From Cryomorphaceae bacterium (GTDB lineage: Bacteria; Bacteroidota; Bacteroidia; Flavobacteriales; Schleiferiaceae): a DNA stretch of 64,000 nt. Positions 39,904 through 49,162 of this stretch are shown one piece after another. The stretch lies in the NCBI GenBank assembly GCA_024638285.1, contig JAHEKP010000001.1, forward strand, positions 9,093 through 73,092. Reading direction: 5' to 3'. The notes beneath the pieces are model-generated. The model did no database searches and was not told the origin of the DNA. It was given only the letters and a program-made list of their open reading frames with translations. Position numbers and translations under genes: made by a program. Position 1 is the first letter of the stretch, and each line of letters starts with the position of its first letter.

Positions 39904-40858
39904 CCAGCAAATCATAGCCATTTTTGAAAATGCTCCAACGAAACTTCAGGCGTTTAAATCTGAAGTGGGTAAAGTAATTATTGGGCAGGAGGAAGCGGTA
40001 GATTTGATTACCATGTCTATTCTTTGTCAAGGGCACAGCTTGTTAGTAGGAGTCCCTGGATTGGCAAAAACCTTATTAATTACCTCCGTGAGTCAAGCCT
40101 TAGGACTTGATTTCTCTCGTATCCAATTTACACCTGATTTAATGCCTTCGGACATTACTGGTACGGAGGTATTGAATGCTCAAAGAGAATTCACCTTTCA
40201 TAAAGGGCCGATTTTTTCCAATGTGGTGCTTGCTGATGAAATTAATAGAACGCCACCTAAAACTCAGGCGGCATTGTTAGAGGCGATGCAAGAGAAAAAG
40301 GTGAGTGCAGCGGGTAAAACTATGGATTTGCCTCAACCTTTTTTCGTTTTGGCAACACAAAACCCAATCGAGCAAGAAGGCACTTATCCTTTACCAGAGG
40401 CGCAACTGGATCGTTTTCTCTTTAATATTTTCGTGGACTATCCCGCGCTCGATGAAGAACGTGCAGTAGTACGGGCCACTACCATAGGCGGAAGTAATCA
40501 ACTGAAGCCTGTACTTTCTTCGCAAGAGGTCCTCGATCTACAGTTTGCCTTGCGAGCTATGCCAGTAACCGATGCAGTAGTAGATTACGCTGTAACCCTG
40601 GCACGCAAGACACGACCCGGCAAAGCAGGGGCGAGTAGCGTTGCTGAAAACTACTTCTCTTGGGGTGCAGGACCACGTGCTTCACAGAATCTAGTCCTAG
40701 CGGCAAAGGCGTTGGCCATGATGAAGGGGGAAGGAACACCTAGCACTGCACATGTAAAGCAAATTGCAACTGCTGTGCTGCGCCATCGTGTCGTTATAAA
40801 CTATAAGGCAAAAGGCGAGGGATTGACGGTGGATGCATTAATTGGTCAGCTGCTTTAG
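39896..40858 (+). CDS. MoxR family AAA+ ATPase
   Basis: GVPGLAKT, RIQFTPDLMPSDITG, LADEINRTPPKTQAALLEAM, ATQNPIEQEGTYPLPEAQLDRF. Confidence 0.95.
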   Translation: MTNQQIIAIFENAPTKLQAFKSEVGKVIIGQEEAVDLITMSILCQGHSLLVGVPGLAKTLLITSVSQALGLDFSRIQFTPDLMPSDITGTEVLNAQREFTFHKGPIFSNVVLADEINRTPPKTQAALLEAMQEKKVSAAGKTMDLPQPFFVLATQNPIEQEGTYPLPEAQLDRFLFNIFVDYPALDEERAVVRATTIGGSNQLKPVLSSQEVLDLQFALRAMPVTDAVVDYAVTLARKTRPGKAGASSVAENYFSWGAGPRASQNLVLAAKALAMMKGEGTPSTAHVKQIATAVLRHRVVINYKAKGEGLTVDALIGQLL

Positions 40859-40924
40859 TCTGTACTTCTGTTAAGACGCGTTAAACTTCTGATACATCCC
40901 ATTAGTTCGTTTTATTTTCGTGGC

Positions 40925-42331
40925 ATGTTGAATCCACTCATTAGTAAGTTTCGCAAACACGCATTAACGGCAGTTCTTACTGCTGCTGTGCTTGGTGCTC
41001 TGTTACTGCAATTGAATTTACTCTCTGGTGAATTGGAATTACAAAAGCAGCAGTTTGATTCAGATGTCAGTGCAACTGCCTCTGCTATTAATGAACGGGT
41101 TCGCCTGTATGTTAAAAGAAAAAGTACTGGGGCACTGAAACGCAGTACTTCTAGTGATTCTACAGTGACTATAAATACTCCGATGGGTACAACCACATTG
41201 CGGTGGTCGGCTACACAGGGGGCAGTGCCTTATGGTTCAGGGTTTGGAATGGATACTACCATGATTTCAGGATTTCTAGATGATTTTCAAAGTTCTTTGC
41301 CATGGGAAACGCTTATTTCTTCGGCAGAAATGGACAGCTTGTTGCAAAGTGAATTACGTGTCCATGGAATCCGTACTGCGCCTAAATGGGCCATAATTGA
41401 GAACGGGTATTTAAACAGTTTACTCAGTGATTCCTTTGAGACGGACAAGGTCTCGTACAACTTCGTTTTAGCAGAAAGCTTTTTCGGCCCTACACGTCAG
41501 TTGCTGATGTATTTTCCTTCTGGTAAATTCTATTTAGCATCGCGTGTTTACCTCAATCTCTTTGTGACTTTACTGTTCTCCACGGTCATTTTATTTGCTT
41601 TTTTTAGTGTGCAGCGCCAAGGGCGTAAACAAAAACGTTTAGCAGCAGTAAAGAGCGATTTCATCAGCAATATGTCTCATGAATTCAAGACACCGCTCGC
41701 GACGATCAGTTTAGCCGTGGATGCCTTGTTGCGCAATGGAGAGCAAATGAATGCAGAACAAATGCGGCAGTATTTGGGCATTATAAAGAGCGAGAATAAG
41801 CGAATGAATGCGCAGATGGAAAGCGTTTTACAAATGTCCATGATGGATAAGGAAGAATTGACCCTCACAGTGGCTCCTATGGATTTAGAAGCCTGTTTAC
41901 GTGAAGCTGTCGACCATTTTAAACTCACAGCTGAACAACGTCAAGGATGGATAGATTTAAGCTGTGAAGCTGGCGAATACCGCATGGAAGGAGATTTAAT
42001 TCAATTCAAAAGTGCGCTGACCAACCTCATCGATAATGCCATTAAATACAGTCTGGATGCGCCGCATGTAAGCGTGAAATTGGACCAAACTGCAACGGAA
42101 TATAGAATTAGGGTTAAAGACCGTGGCATTGGTATGGATGAGGAAATACAGCGACAAGTTTTTGACCGATTTTATCGTGCCACAAAAGGGAATATTCATG
42201 ATGTGAAAGGACACGGTTTAGGCCTTTCCTTCGTTAAAGAAATTATACAAAAGCACGGTGGTAGCATTCATGTGGATAGTGCTCTCAATGTTGGGACCAC
42301 CTTTACGGTGGTATTACCGAAAAACGAATAA
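40925..42331 (+). CDS. Sensor histidine kinase (RprX-like)
   Basis: Two TM helices; SDFISNMSHEFKTPL H-box, NLIDNAIKY, DRGIGM, FYR, KGHGLGL. Confidence 0.93.
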   Translation: MLNPLISKFRKHALTAVLTAAVLGALLLQLNLLSGELELQKQQFDSDVSATASAINERVRLYVKRKSTGALKRSTSSDSTVTINTPMGTTTLRWSATQGAVPYGSGFGMDTTMISGFLDDFQSSLPWETLISSAEMDSLLQSELRVHGIRTAPKWAIIENGYLNSLLSDSFETDKVSYNFVLAESFFGPTRQLLMYFPSGKFYLASRVYLNLFVTLLFSTVILFAFFSVQRQGRKQKRLAAVKSDFISNMSHEFKTPLATISLAVDALLRNGEQMNAEQMRQYLGIIKSENKRMNAQMESVLQMSMMDKEELTLTVAPMDLEACLREAVDHFKLTAEQRQGWIDLSCEAGEYRMEGDLIQFKSALTNLIDNAIKYSLDAPHVSVKLDQTATEYRIRVKDRGIGMDEEIQRQVFDRFYRATKGNIHDVKGHGLGLSFVKEIIQKHGGSIHVDSALNVGTTFTVVLPKNE

Positions 42332-42333
42332 CT

Positions 42334-43023
42334 ATGGAAAAGCAGCGAATCTTATTAGTTGAGGATGATGTGAATTTTGGCAATATGCTTAAAGACACAC
42401 TGGATTTTAATGACTACGAGGTGACGCTCGAACGCGATGGTGTTCAGGGCTTACGCGCATACAAACAAGGCACTTATGAATTGTGCATTTTTGATATCAT
42501 GATGCCGAAGAAAGATGGCTTGACTTTAGCCACCGAGGTAAAGGAGATTGATAATGGACAGCCACTGATTTTTCTAACCGCCAAAGGGCAAAAGGAAGAC
42601 ATCATTGCAGGGTACAGCGCTGGAGCTGATGATTATTTGGTAAAGCCTTTTGATACAGATGTTTTACTCTATAAGATTCAGGCAATCATTGGTCGTAAAG
42701 CAGCTGAAATGGACGAAGAGCCTGATACGTTGAACATAGGGAGCTTTATTTTAGAGCCGAAAATTCGTCAGTTAAGTCGCGAGGATGAATTGGTTCGATT
42801 GAGTCCTAAAGAAAGTGACCTTTTAAAAATGCTTATTCAACATAAGAACCAACTGATGCCAAGAAGCAAAGCACTTTTAAAGATTTGGCGCGAGGATAAC
42901 TACTTTACGGGACGTTCTATGGATGTTTATGTCGCTAAACTCCGTAAATATTTAAAGGTAGATGAGCGTATTCGGATAGAGAACGTTCATGGTGAAGGGT
43001 TCAGATTGGTCGAGGAAGCTTAA
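42334..43023 (+). CDS. OmpR-family response regulator (RprY-like)
   Basis: ILLVEDD, DIMMPKKDG, FLTAK, GADDYLVKPF, winged helix (RSMDVYVAKLRK, NVHGEGFRL). Confidence 0.95.
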   Translation: MEKQRILLVEDDVNFGNMLKDTLDFNDYEVTLERDGVQGLRAYKQGTYELCIFDIMMPKKDGLTLATEVKEIDNGQPLIFLTAKGQKEDIIAGYSAGADDYLVKPFDTDVLLYKIQAIIGRKAAEMDEEPDTLNIGSFILEPKIRQLSREDELVRLSPKESDLLKMLIQHKNQLMPRSKALLKIWREDNYFTGRSMDVYVAKLRKYLKVDERIRIENVHGEGFRLVEEA

Positions 43024-44483
43024 GATTTCCTTTTGCTGGGATTCACCAGTTTTTCTAGGATGTGTTTCGCCTCTTCCCTAGAAGCTTTTGTCTTTTTAAT
43101 GCTATAGAGTTGGTCGCTTGCATGTTTTCTTGCACGGGTAAGATCGACAATAGGGGTCTTTGGATAGCTCCCTGTATCCCATTGTTCCATTTCCCACATC
43201 ATCGGTGGAATGGCCCAGGGTTCATGCAAATGTGGTAAAGGCAAGTCCTTTAGTTCGGGCAGCCATTGCTTAATGAATTCACCCTTTGCGTCTTGGTCAT
43301 AGCTTTGCTTGATAGGGTTGTAAATACGGATGGTATTTACACCGGTGTAGCCGCTTTGCATTTGAAACTGCGTATAGTGAATGCCAGGTTCAAAATCTGT
43401 AAAGGTGCTGGCTAGGTAACGTGCACCAGCTTCCCATGGCAACCAGAGGTATTGACTGTAGAAGCTTACCACCATGGCGCGCATCCTAAAATTAAGATAG
43501 CCTGTTGCGGCTACACAACGCATACACGCATCGACTAAAGGAACACCTGTAGTGCCGTTTTTCCAAGCCTTAAATTTATCCTCATCCCAAATCTTTGATG
43601 CATCTATAGCAGCGTAAGCCCTATTTATAGGGTGGAATTCGTAGCTACAGACGCTTTCAAATTTCTGTATAAAATGTGCTTGCCAACGCAATCGATCGAC
43701 AAATGCGCGTTGGTTTCGCTTACTGCCCGCTAGCTCTACGACCTCTGCCATATGCCATATTTGACGAATACTGAGGTTCCCCCAGGCCAGATGCGGAGAA
43801 ATGCGACTGCATCCTTTTCGACTGGCTAATGGTTTTGAGATACTTTGGGCATAGCCTTTAATTCGCTCTGTAAGGAAGGAATATAGGACCCGCTCAGCGC
43901 GAGATGCGCCTCCCTTTTGAAAGTACGGATGGGGTTCATAGCTATGACTGTGTTGCCAAGATTCAAAGGGATTAGTAAGAGCTTGTTTGCATACGGCATC
44001 TAAATCAGTACGCAGTGGTGCAATATCTACATAGTCGTACCAATCTTTAAGCCAGTTTTTACGGTGTTTAAGCCCTCTTTTAACGCCACCGTAATCCCAT
44101 TCATTCCAGGAAATATCGTTGGAATCTAATAGATGCTTAACGGCCTTATCTCGCTTAAAAGTTTTATCGATCCCCGTTTCTCGGTGACTGTAAACGGCCT
44201 TTACAGTGTAGTTAGCTAGACAATGCTTAAAAAAATCCACTGCCTCCACGTTTAAAAAGTAAACGACTTCTTTACCAGCAACTTCATTCAGGTCTTTAAT
44301 AGAATCCCAAATAAATCGTTCATGCCGCGGGTCGTATGGTTTTTCGCTCCATAGCAATGGTTCATAGAGTGCTACAAAAAAAACCGATTCTCCAGCAGCT
44401 AAAGCGCTTCGAATGGGGGCATGGTCGTGCCATCTAAAATCGCGTTTAAACCAAACAATATGAATGGATTGCTTAGCCGTCAC
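43020..44483 (-). CDS. Deoxyribodipyrimidine photolyase / cryptochrome family protein (third family member in the window)
   Basis: VWFKRDFRWHDH, CSRISPHLAWGNLSIRQ, RLRWQAHFIQKFE, GTTGVPLVDACMR, GYLNFRMRAM, DFEPGIHYTQFQMQSG, RIYNP. Confidence 0.9.
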   Translation of the reverse strand: MTAKQSIHIVWFKRDFRWHDHAPIRSALAAGESVFFVALYEPLLWSEKPYDPRHERFIWDSIKDLNEVAGKEVVYFLNVEAVDFFKHCLANYTVKAVYSHRETGIDKTFKRDKAVKHLLDSNDISWNEWDYGGVKRGLKHRKNWLKDWYDYVDIAPLRTDLDAVCKQALTNPFESWQHSHSYEPHPYFQKGGASRAERVLYSFLTERIKGYAQSISKPLASRKGCSRISPHLAWGNLSIRQIWHMAEVVELAGSKRNQRAFVDRLRWQAHFIQKFESVCSYEFHPINRAYAAIDASKIWDEDKFKAWKNGTTGVPLVDACMRCVAATGYLNFRMRAMVVSFYSQYLWLPWEAGARYLASTFTDFEPGIHYTQFQMQSGYTGVNTIRIYNPIKQSYDQDAKGEFIKQWLPELKDLPLPHLHEPWAIPPMMWEMEQWDTGSYPKTPIVDLTRARKHASDQLYSIKKTKASREEAKHILEKLVNPSKRKS

Positions 44484-45102
44484 TTTTAGTTGATTTTACT
44501 TCTGGAAAGGGGAGTTGTGCGATGGATTGTGGTGTAAAATAATGTTGCAATCCCAGTGCCAATAGAGGCGGTTTCTCGAAGTGTAAAGTGCGGTCTCTAC
44601 GTAGTAGGGCATCACCTAATCCTACGTTTTGAACGCGACCTACAGTATATATGCAATCGTTTTTCAGCTTAAAACTTTCCTCCCATTCCAATTCTACTGC
44701 CCACAAGGCAGTAGTTGGTATAGGATGGGTCCATCCCGCTATAACCTCGCAATGCCCTTCCAAATGCTCCCATTCAAATAGTTCTGCGTGGTAAGAAGCG
44801 CTGCAATCATGCAGTCGCTGCATTTCCTCTTCCGGGAGTGCGACTAGGGTGATGCGTTTGAATTTTTGATAATTGGTATAGGAATGTCTATTGCCATTAT
44901 CTGGTCGGAATAAGATACTCATACAAGCCGGGTTGGCTCCAACGTGTGTAACATTGGTAAAGACACCCGCATTCCAATTACCGTCTATACCTGATAGTGC
45001 GAGAAAGGCCGTACGCACACCAGAAACGGCATTCACTAGTCCAGTGCGCTCGCTACGTTCAAGACCGTCTAATGCTGCTGCTGTAAACGATTCCTTCCAC
45101 AT
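44473..45102 (-). CDS. Flavin reductase-like protein (divergent)
   Basis: LVNAVSG, N.GVF.NVTHVGANP, ILFRP...RHSY.N, as in flavobacterial flavin-reductase-like proteins found near photolyases. Confidence 0.65.
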   Translation of the reverse strand: MWKESFTAAALDGLERSERTGLVNAVSGVRTAFLALSGIDGNWNAGVFTNVTHVGANPACMSILFRPDNGNRHSYTNYQKFKRITLVALPEEEMQRLHDCSASYHAELFEWEHLEGHCEVIAGWTHPIPTTALWAVELEWEESFKLKNDCIYTVGRVQNVGLGDALLRRDRTLHFEKPPLLALGLQHYFTPQSIAQLPFPEVKSTKSDG

Positions 45103-45104
45103 GG

Positions 45105-45791
45105 TTAAAGTACGCTCTGTCCACCGTCAATATGAACGATCTGACCTGTCATCCAACTGCTTTTTTCGCCCAGTAGGAATGCTGCCATCTCAGCAATATC
45201 AGCTGCTTCGCCAACACGTTTCATTGGGTTATTCGCCCCAATCGCGTCCTTCTTTTCCGGAGTACTTAGCAGTTTTGATGCTAACGGGGTATCAGTAAGG
45301 CTCGGTGCGATGCAGTTGATGCGTGCTTTCGGCGCCCACTCTGAAGCAATGGCGCGAGTCAATCCCTCGATCGCCCCTTTTGATGTGCTCACTGTAGCAT
45401 GAAAAGGCATTCCACGTTGAACGGCAACTGTGGAGAACAAAACGCAAGACGCGATGCTTTCTTTATTGAAGTTCTTTTGCGCAGCCTGAAGGGCTTTAAT
45501 GGCGCCCATGACTTGCAACTGAAAATCTGCTTCAAAAACCTCTGGTTTTAGTCCACGGAATGGTTTTAGGTTGATCGAGCCAACACTGTACATGAGTCCG
45601 TCAATATTTTCCGGCATAATGTCGTCCCAAGAATCCGTGAGTACATCAAACTCTTCCCATTCAATAGTGTGTGCAGGTCCTTCATAAGGCGTTCTGCTAA
45701 ATACCGTGATTTGGTGTCCTTCTGAGGCGAGTAGTTCAGCTGTTGCTTTACCAATTCCTTTGCTTCCGCCAACGATTACGTAGTGTTTCAT
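45105..45791 (-). CDS. Short-chain dehydrogenase/reductase
   Basis: GGSKGIG, GSINLKPF, FSTVAVQRGMPFH...SKGAIEGL, NCIAPSLTDTP, TGQIVHIDGG. Confidence 0.92.
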   Translation of the reverse strand: MKHYVIVGGSKGIGKATAELLASEGHQITVFSRTPYEGPAHTIEWEEFDVLTDSWDDIMPENIDGLMYSVGSINLKPFRGLKPEVFEADFQLQVMGAIKALQAAQKNFNKESIASCVLFSTVAVQRGMPFHATVSTSKGAIEGLTRAIASEWAPKARINCIAPSLTDTPLASKLLSTPEKKDAIGANNPMKRVGEAADIAEMAAFLLGEKSSWMTGQIVHIDGGQSVL

Positions 45792-45812
45792 AGTTACTTA
45801 TTCTAAGATTCT

Positions 45813-45837
45813 AAACCCAATTTTGGCATCAAGGTTC
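45813..45837 (-). promoter_or_regulatory. ECF-type motif GAAC-N16-GGTTT upstream of the SDR-flavin reductase-photolyase unit
   Basis: Minus strand GAAC CTTGATGCCAAAATTG GGTTT, ending 21 nt before the ATG. Confidence 0.55.
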
Positions 45838-45895
45838 GCAGTTGTGCGGTATTAAAGACGATGTGGCGTACTTTGTGGTTCCTTAATCACAGCAC

Positions 45896-47413
45896 ATGAA
45901 ACGACTCGAAATAGGAACCGCGCCTCTATCATATATTGATTATCAGTCCATTGCAGACGGTTCAGTAGAAATCGCTCTATCTGAAACCGCCCAATCGCGT
46001 ATCGCAGCATCAAGAAAATTTCTTGAAGAAAAATCCGCACGTAGTGTAGCCCCCATTTATGGAGTGAATACGGGCTTTGGAAGTTTATGTTCCATTGAAG
46101 TGGACGCCGAAGATTTAGGAACCTTACAGACAAATTTGGTTCGCTCGCATGCTTGCGGGACAGGTGATCACGTGATGCTGCCTATAGTCCGGTTGATCAT
46201 TGCCTTAAAATTGAAAAGTTTCGCTGTAGGAGTCAGTGGTGTTCGCCTCGAGGTATGTGAGAGCTTAGTCCAGCTCTACAATAGTGGTGCATTACCGGTA
46301 ATTTATGCGCAAGGTTCCTTAGGAGCGAGCGGTGATCTTGCTCCGCTCGCACACATGAGCCTACCTTTATTAGGAGAAGGAAGTCTTTGGTTTCAAGGAG
46401 AAATTTGTGAAACTAAAGAGGTGTTGGGCCAATTAGGCCCCAAAGCTTGGGCCACCCATACCTTGGCATCGAAAGAGGGTTTAGCCCTTTTAAACGGTAC
46501 CCAATTCATGTCTGCTCATGGGATCTACGCTACGCTACATGCTCGTAGATTGGATTATTTCTCTGATTTCATAGGCGCTCTATCCACAGCAGCGCACGAC
46601 GGTAGAATTGAGGCTTTTTCAAAAGGTGTTCATGCCACGCGACCTCAACGTGGTCAGGTGCTGACAGCCAAGCGTTTATTTCAATGGCTGAATGAGGCGC
46701 CTATCATGCACAATGAGAAAGTGCACGTGCAAGATCCTTACAGTTTTCGTTGCATGCCGCAAGTCCACGGCGCCACGAAAAACGCTTTATGGCATGCGAT
46801 GGAAGTGATTGAAACGGAAGTGAATTCCGCAACAGACAATCCGGTTGTTTTAGAAGAAGAAGATGCAGTAGTTAGCGCAGGAAACTTCCATGGTCAACCT
46901 CTGGCTTTGGTGCTGGATTACATGGCACTTGCACTACACGAATTAGGTTCAATCTCTGAACGTCGTACCTATCAATTAATATCGGGTAGGAGAGGTTTGC
47001 CGCCTTTCTTAACCCCAAATCCTGGCCTGAACAGCGGACTGATGATCGCGCAATACACAGCGGCTGGAATTGTTAGCCAGAATAAACAATATTGCACTCC
47101 GGCGTCTGCAGATAGTATTGAGAGTTCAAACGGGCAAGAAGACCATGTGAGTATGGGAGCGAACGCTGCTACAAAATTGGTCAAAGTGGTAGACAATTTA
47201 TACCAAATTCTAGGTATTGAATTACTGAATGCATCACAGGCACTGCACTTGCGTGAGGCCAATATCAGCCCAACCATGCAGCGCTTTATAGCATCTTTTC
47301 AGGAGTTGGTTCCTGTCATTGATGAAGACCGGTATTTGCATCCTGACCTCATTGCTTCCCAACAGTTTTTACGTACATGGTCTCTTGAAGATGATGTACT
47401 TTTGTCTCTCTAA
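45896..47413 (+). CDS. hutH: Histidine ammonia-lyase
   Basis: YGVNTGFG, NLVRSHACG, MIO motif GASGDL, KEGLALLNGTQ, QDPYSFRC, GNFHG, QEDHVSMG. Confidence 0.95.
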   Translation: MKRLEIGTAPLSYIDYQSIADGSVEIALSETAQSRIAASRKFLEEKSARSVAPIYGVNTGFGSLCSIEVDAEDLGTLQTNLVRSHACGTGDHVMLPIVRLIIALKLKSFAVGVSGVRLEVCESLVQLYNSGALPVIYAQGSLGASGDLAPLAHMSLPLLGEGSLWFQGEICETKEVLGQLGPKAWATHTLASKEGLALLNGTQFMSAHGIYATLHARRLDYFSDFIGALSTAAHDGRIEAFSKGVHATRPQRGQVLTAKRLFQWLNEAPIMHNEKVHVQDPYSFRCMPQVHGATKNALWHAMEVIETEVNSATDNPVVLEEEDAVVSAGNFHGQPLALVLDYMALALHELGSISERRTYQLISGRRGLPPFLTPNPGLNSGLMIAQYTAAGIVSQNKQYCTPASADSIESSNGQEDHVSMGANAATKLVKVVDNLYQILGIELLNASQALHLREANISPTMQRFIASFQELVPVIDEDRYLHPDLIASQQFLRTWSLEDDVLLSL

Positions 47414-47425
47414 CCTGAGAATATC

Positions 47426-47698
47426 ATGAGTAAAGACCCCTATGAAGGATTACGTGCACAGCTGGAAGATCGCAATTGGCCCGCGGTATTTCTGTTCAAG
47501 TTTATTATTCCGGCAGATAATAAGAAGATCGCAGAAGTAGAGGCGCTTTTTGATACTAAAATTGCTCAGATAGAACTGCGTCCTTCAAAGACCGGTAAAT
47601 TCGTTTCAGTGAGCGCTAAAGAAATGATGCTCGATGTAGATAGTATTATCGACCGCTACAAAAAGGCGACAAAGATTGAGGGCCTCATGGCACTTTAG
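47426..47698 (+). CDS. DUF493 family protein
   Basis: WP..FLFKFIIP, SKTGKFVSVS, IEGLMAL. TACTTTTG -7 box at 47397-47404 inside the end of hutH. Confidence 0.85.
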   Translation: MSKDPYEGLRAQLEDRNWPAVFLFKFIIPADNKKIAEVEALFDTKIAQIELRPSKTGKFVSVSAKEMMLDVDSIIDRYKKATKIEGLMAL

Positions 47699-47699
47699 A

Positions 47700-48479
47700 T
47701 CATTTCCAACCTTCGTAAACGCCCAATCCAAAAAGTGCATAATCTAAACGTGCTGGATCAAGGGGTTCAATTTTTCGAATAGACTGGTCCAATTCTAAAA
47801 CGGCTTTCCAGTCGTTTTGCTTCCTTTTCAACAGTCCTAAACTCCTGGCTACTCGACCACTATGCACATCTAAAGGCAGGGATAAGAGGGCAGGATTTAT
47901 ATCCCACAGGCCAAAGTCTATACCTTCTTTATTACTTCGTACCATCCAACGAGTAAACATGATTAATCGCTTACATGCACTGCCCTTACTGGGGTCGCCA
48001 AAGTGTTTACTTGCGCGTAGGGGGAGTCCATTATCCAATAAATACCCTTTGAATTCTTGAAACGCTAGGCCCAAATGGGAATCCTCTTTGCGCACATGTA
48101 CTTTGAAAAAATCACCTAAAGTTTCGTGCTCTTTATAGAGTTTTTGGAGGCTGCGAGCAAGACCTTTAATGTCTTCGGATTGGAACGTACGGTGCACAAA
48201 CCCATTAAAAGTCTCAAGATCGGACTCACTTGCTCCACGAATAAATTCAGCCGGCGAACGGTCCATACGGTCCATAAGGTCGTTGCTTTTCGCTATAATG
48301 GTCTTCCTGTTGCCCCATGAAAGCGTGGCGGCGATAAGGCCACTAATCTCAATATCCTCGGCGGTAGAGAAGGAATGAGGGATTTGAATGGGATCGTCCT
48401 GCACGAAGCTGTATTTTGCGTATTGGTCGGCCTTTTCTTTTAAAAATTGAGCCAATTCTTCCCGCGATAACTGCTTCAT
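47700..48479 (-). CDS. TIGR02757 family protein (HhH-GPD-like)
   Basis: DPIQIPH, DIEISG, SWGNRKTII, FVHRTF, SACKRL.MF.RWMVR, PLDVH, D.ALFGLG. Start reset to ATG 48479. Confidence 0.88.
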   Translation of the reverse strand: MKQLSREELAQFLKEKADQYAKYSFVQDDPIQIPHSFSTAEDIEISGLIAATLSWGNRKTIIAKSNDLMDRMDRSPAEFIRGASESDLETFNGFVHRTFQSEDIKGLARSLQKLYKEHETLGDFFKVHVRKEDSHLGLAFQEFKGYLLDNGLPLRASKHFGDPSKGSACKRLIMFTRWMVRSNKEGIDFGLWDINPALLSLPLDVHSGRVARSLGLLKRKQNDWKAVLELDQSIRKIEPLDPARLDYALFGLGVYEGWK

Positions 48480-48493
48480 AAATTTTGAAGGAA

Positions 48494-49147
48494 TTAAGCT
48501 TTTAGCAGTCCGTCGTTCATGATCCACTGTTTCTTGCCCAGTGCTGCGAGCTGATCATTGTGCGTAACCACGACAACTGTTTGACCAAATTCTTCGTTCA
48601 GTTGAACTAATAATTCATGTACGGCGTTCGCATTTGCACTATCCAGATTTCCTGTTGGTTCATCTGCAAGTAAAATCCTAGGATTATTGATGAGTGCTCT
48701 TGCAATGGCTACGCGCTGTTGTTCGCCACCACTGAGTTCATTGGGTAAATGGTGTGCACGATCAGCAATCCCTAAAAAGTCTAATTTTTCTAGTGCATCT
48801 TTTTCTGCTGCCTCATCCATTTTTTTACCGATCCAGCGGGGAAGAAGTACGTTCTCTAAAGCTGTTAGCTCGGGCAGTAGGTTGTGAAACTGGAAGACTA
48901 AGCCAATCTTTTCATTGCGCATCTGATTTAGAGCTGATTTATCTAAATCATGAATGGCGTTACCTTCGAAATCTATGGTGCCTGCTGTTGGAGCATCCAA
49001 TCCTGCGATAAGGTGAAGTAGAGTGCTTTTACCCGCTCCTGAAGGACCTACAATACTCACAAAATCACCTGAGGTGATGGTTGCATCAATGCCACGAAGA
49101 ACCGCTGTGGTTCCGTACGATTTCTTTATTCCCTTTATCGCGATCAT
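48494..49147 (-). CDS. lolD: ABC transporter ATP-binding protein, LolD-like
   Basis: GPSGAGKST, RNEKIGLVFQFHNLLPE.TALENV, LSGGEQQRVAIARAL, ADEPTGNLD, VVTHN. Confidence 0.8.
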   Translation of the reverse strand: MIAIKGIKKSYGTTAVLRGIDATITSGDFVSIVGPSGAGKSTLLHLIAGLDAPTAGTIDFEGNAIHDLDKSALNQMRNEKIGLVFQFHNLLPELTALENVLLPRWIGKKMDEAAEKDALEKLDFLGIADRAHHLPNELSGGEQQRVAIARALINNPRILLADEPTGNLDSANANAVHELLVQLNEEFGQTVVVVTHNDQLAALGKKQWIMNDGLLKA

Positions 49148-49162
49148 AAGCTGCAAATTAGG

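Noticed and set aside
40882..40912. AAAC...CGTTT before the sensor kinase as another regulon site
   Set aside because: The spacer is 21 nt rather than 16-17, and a -7-type box is present.
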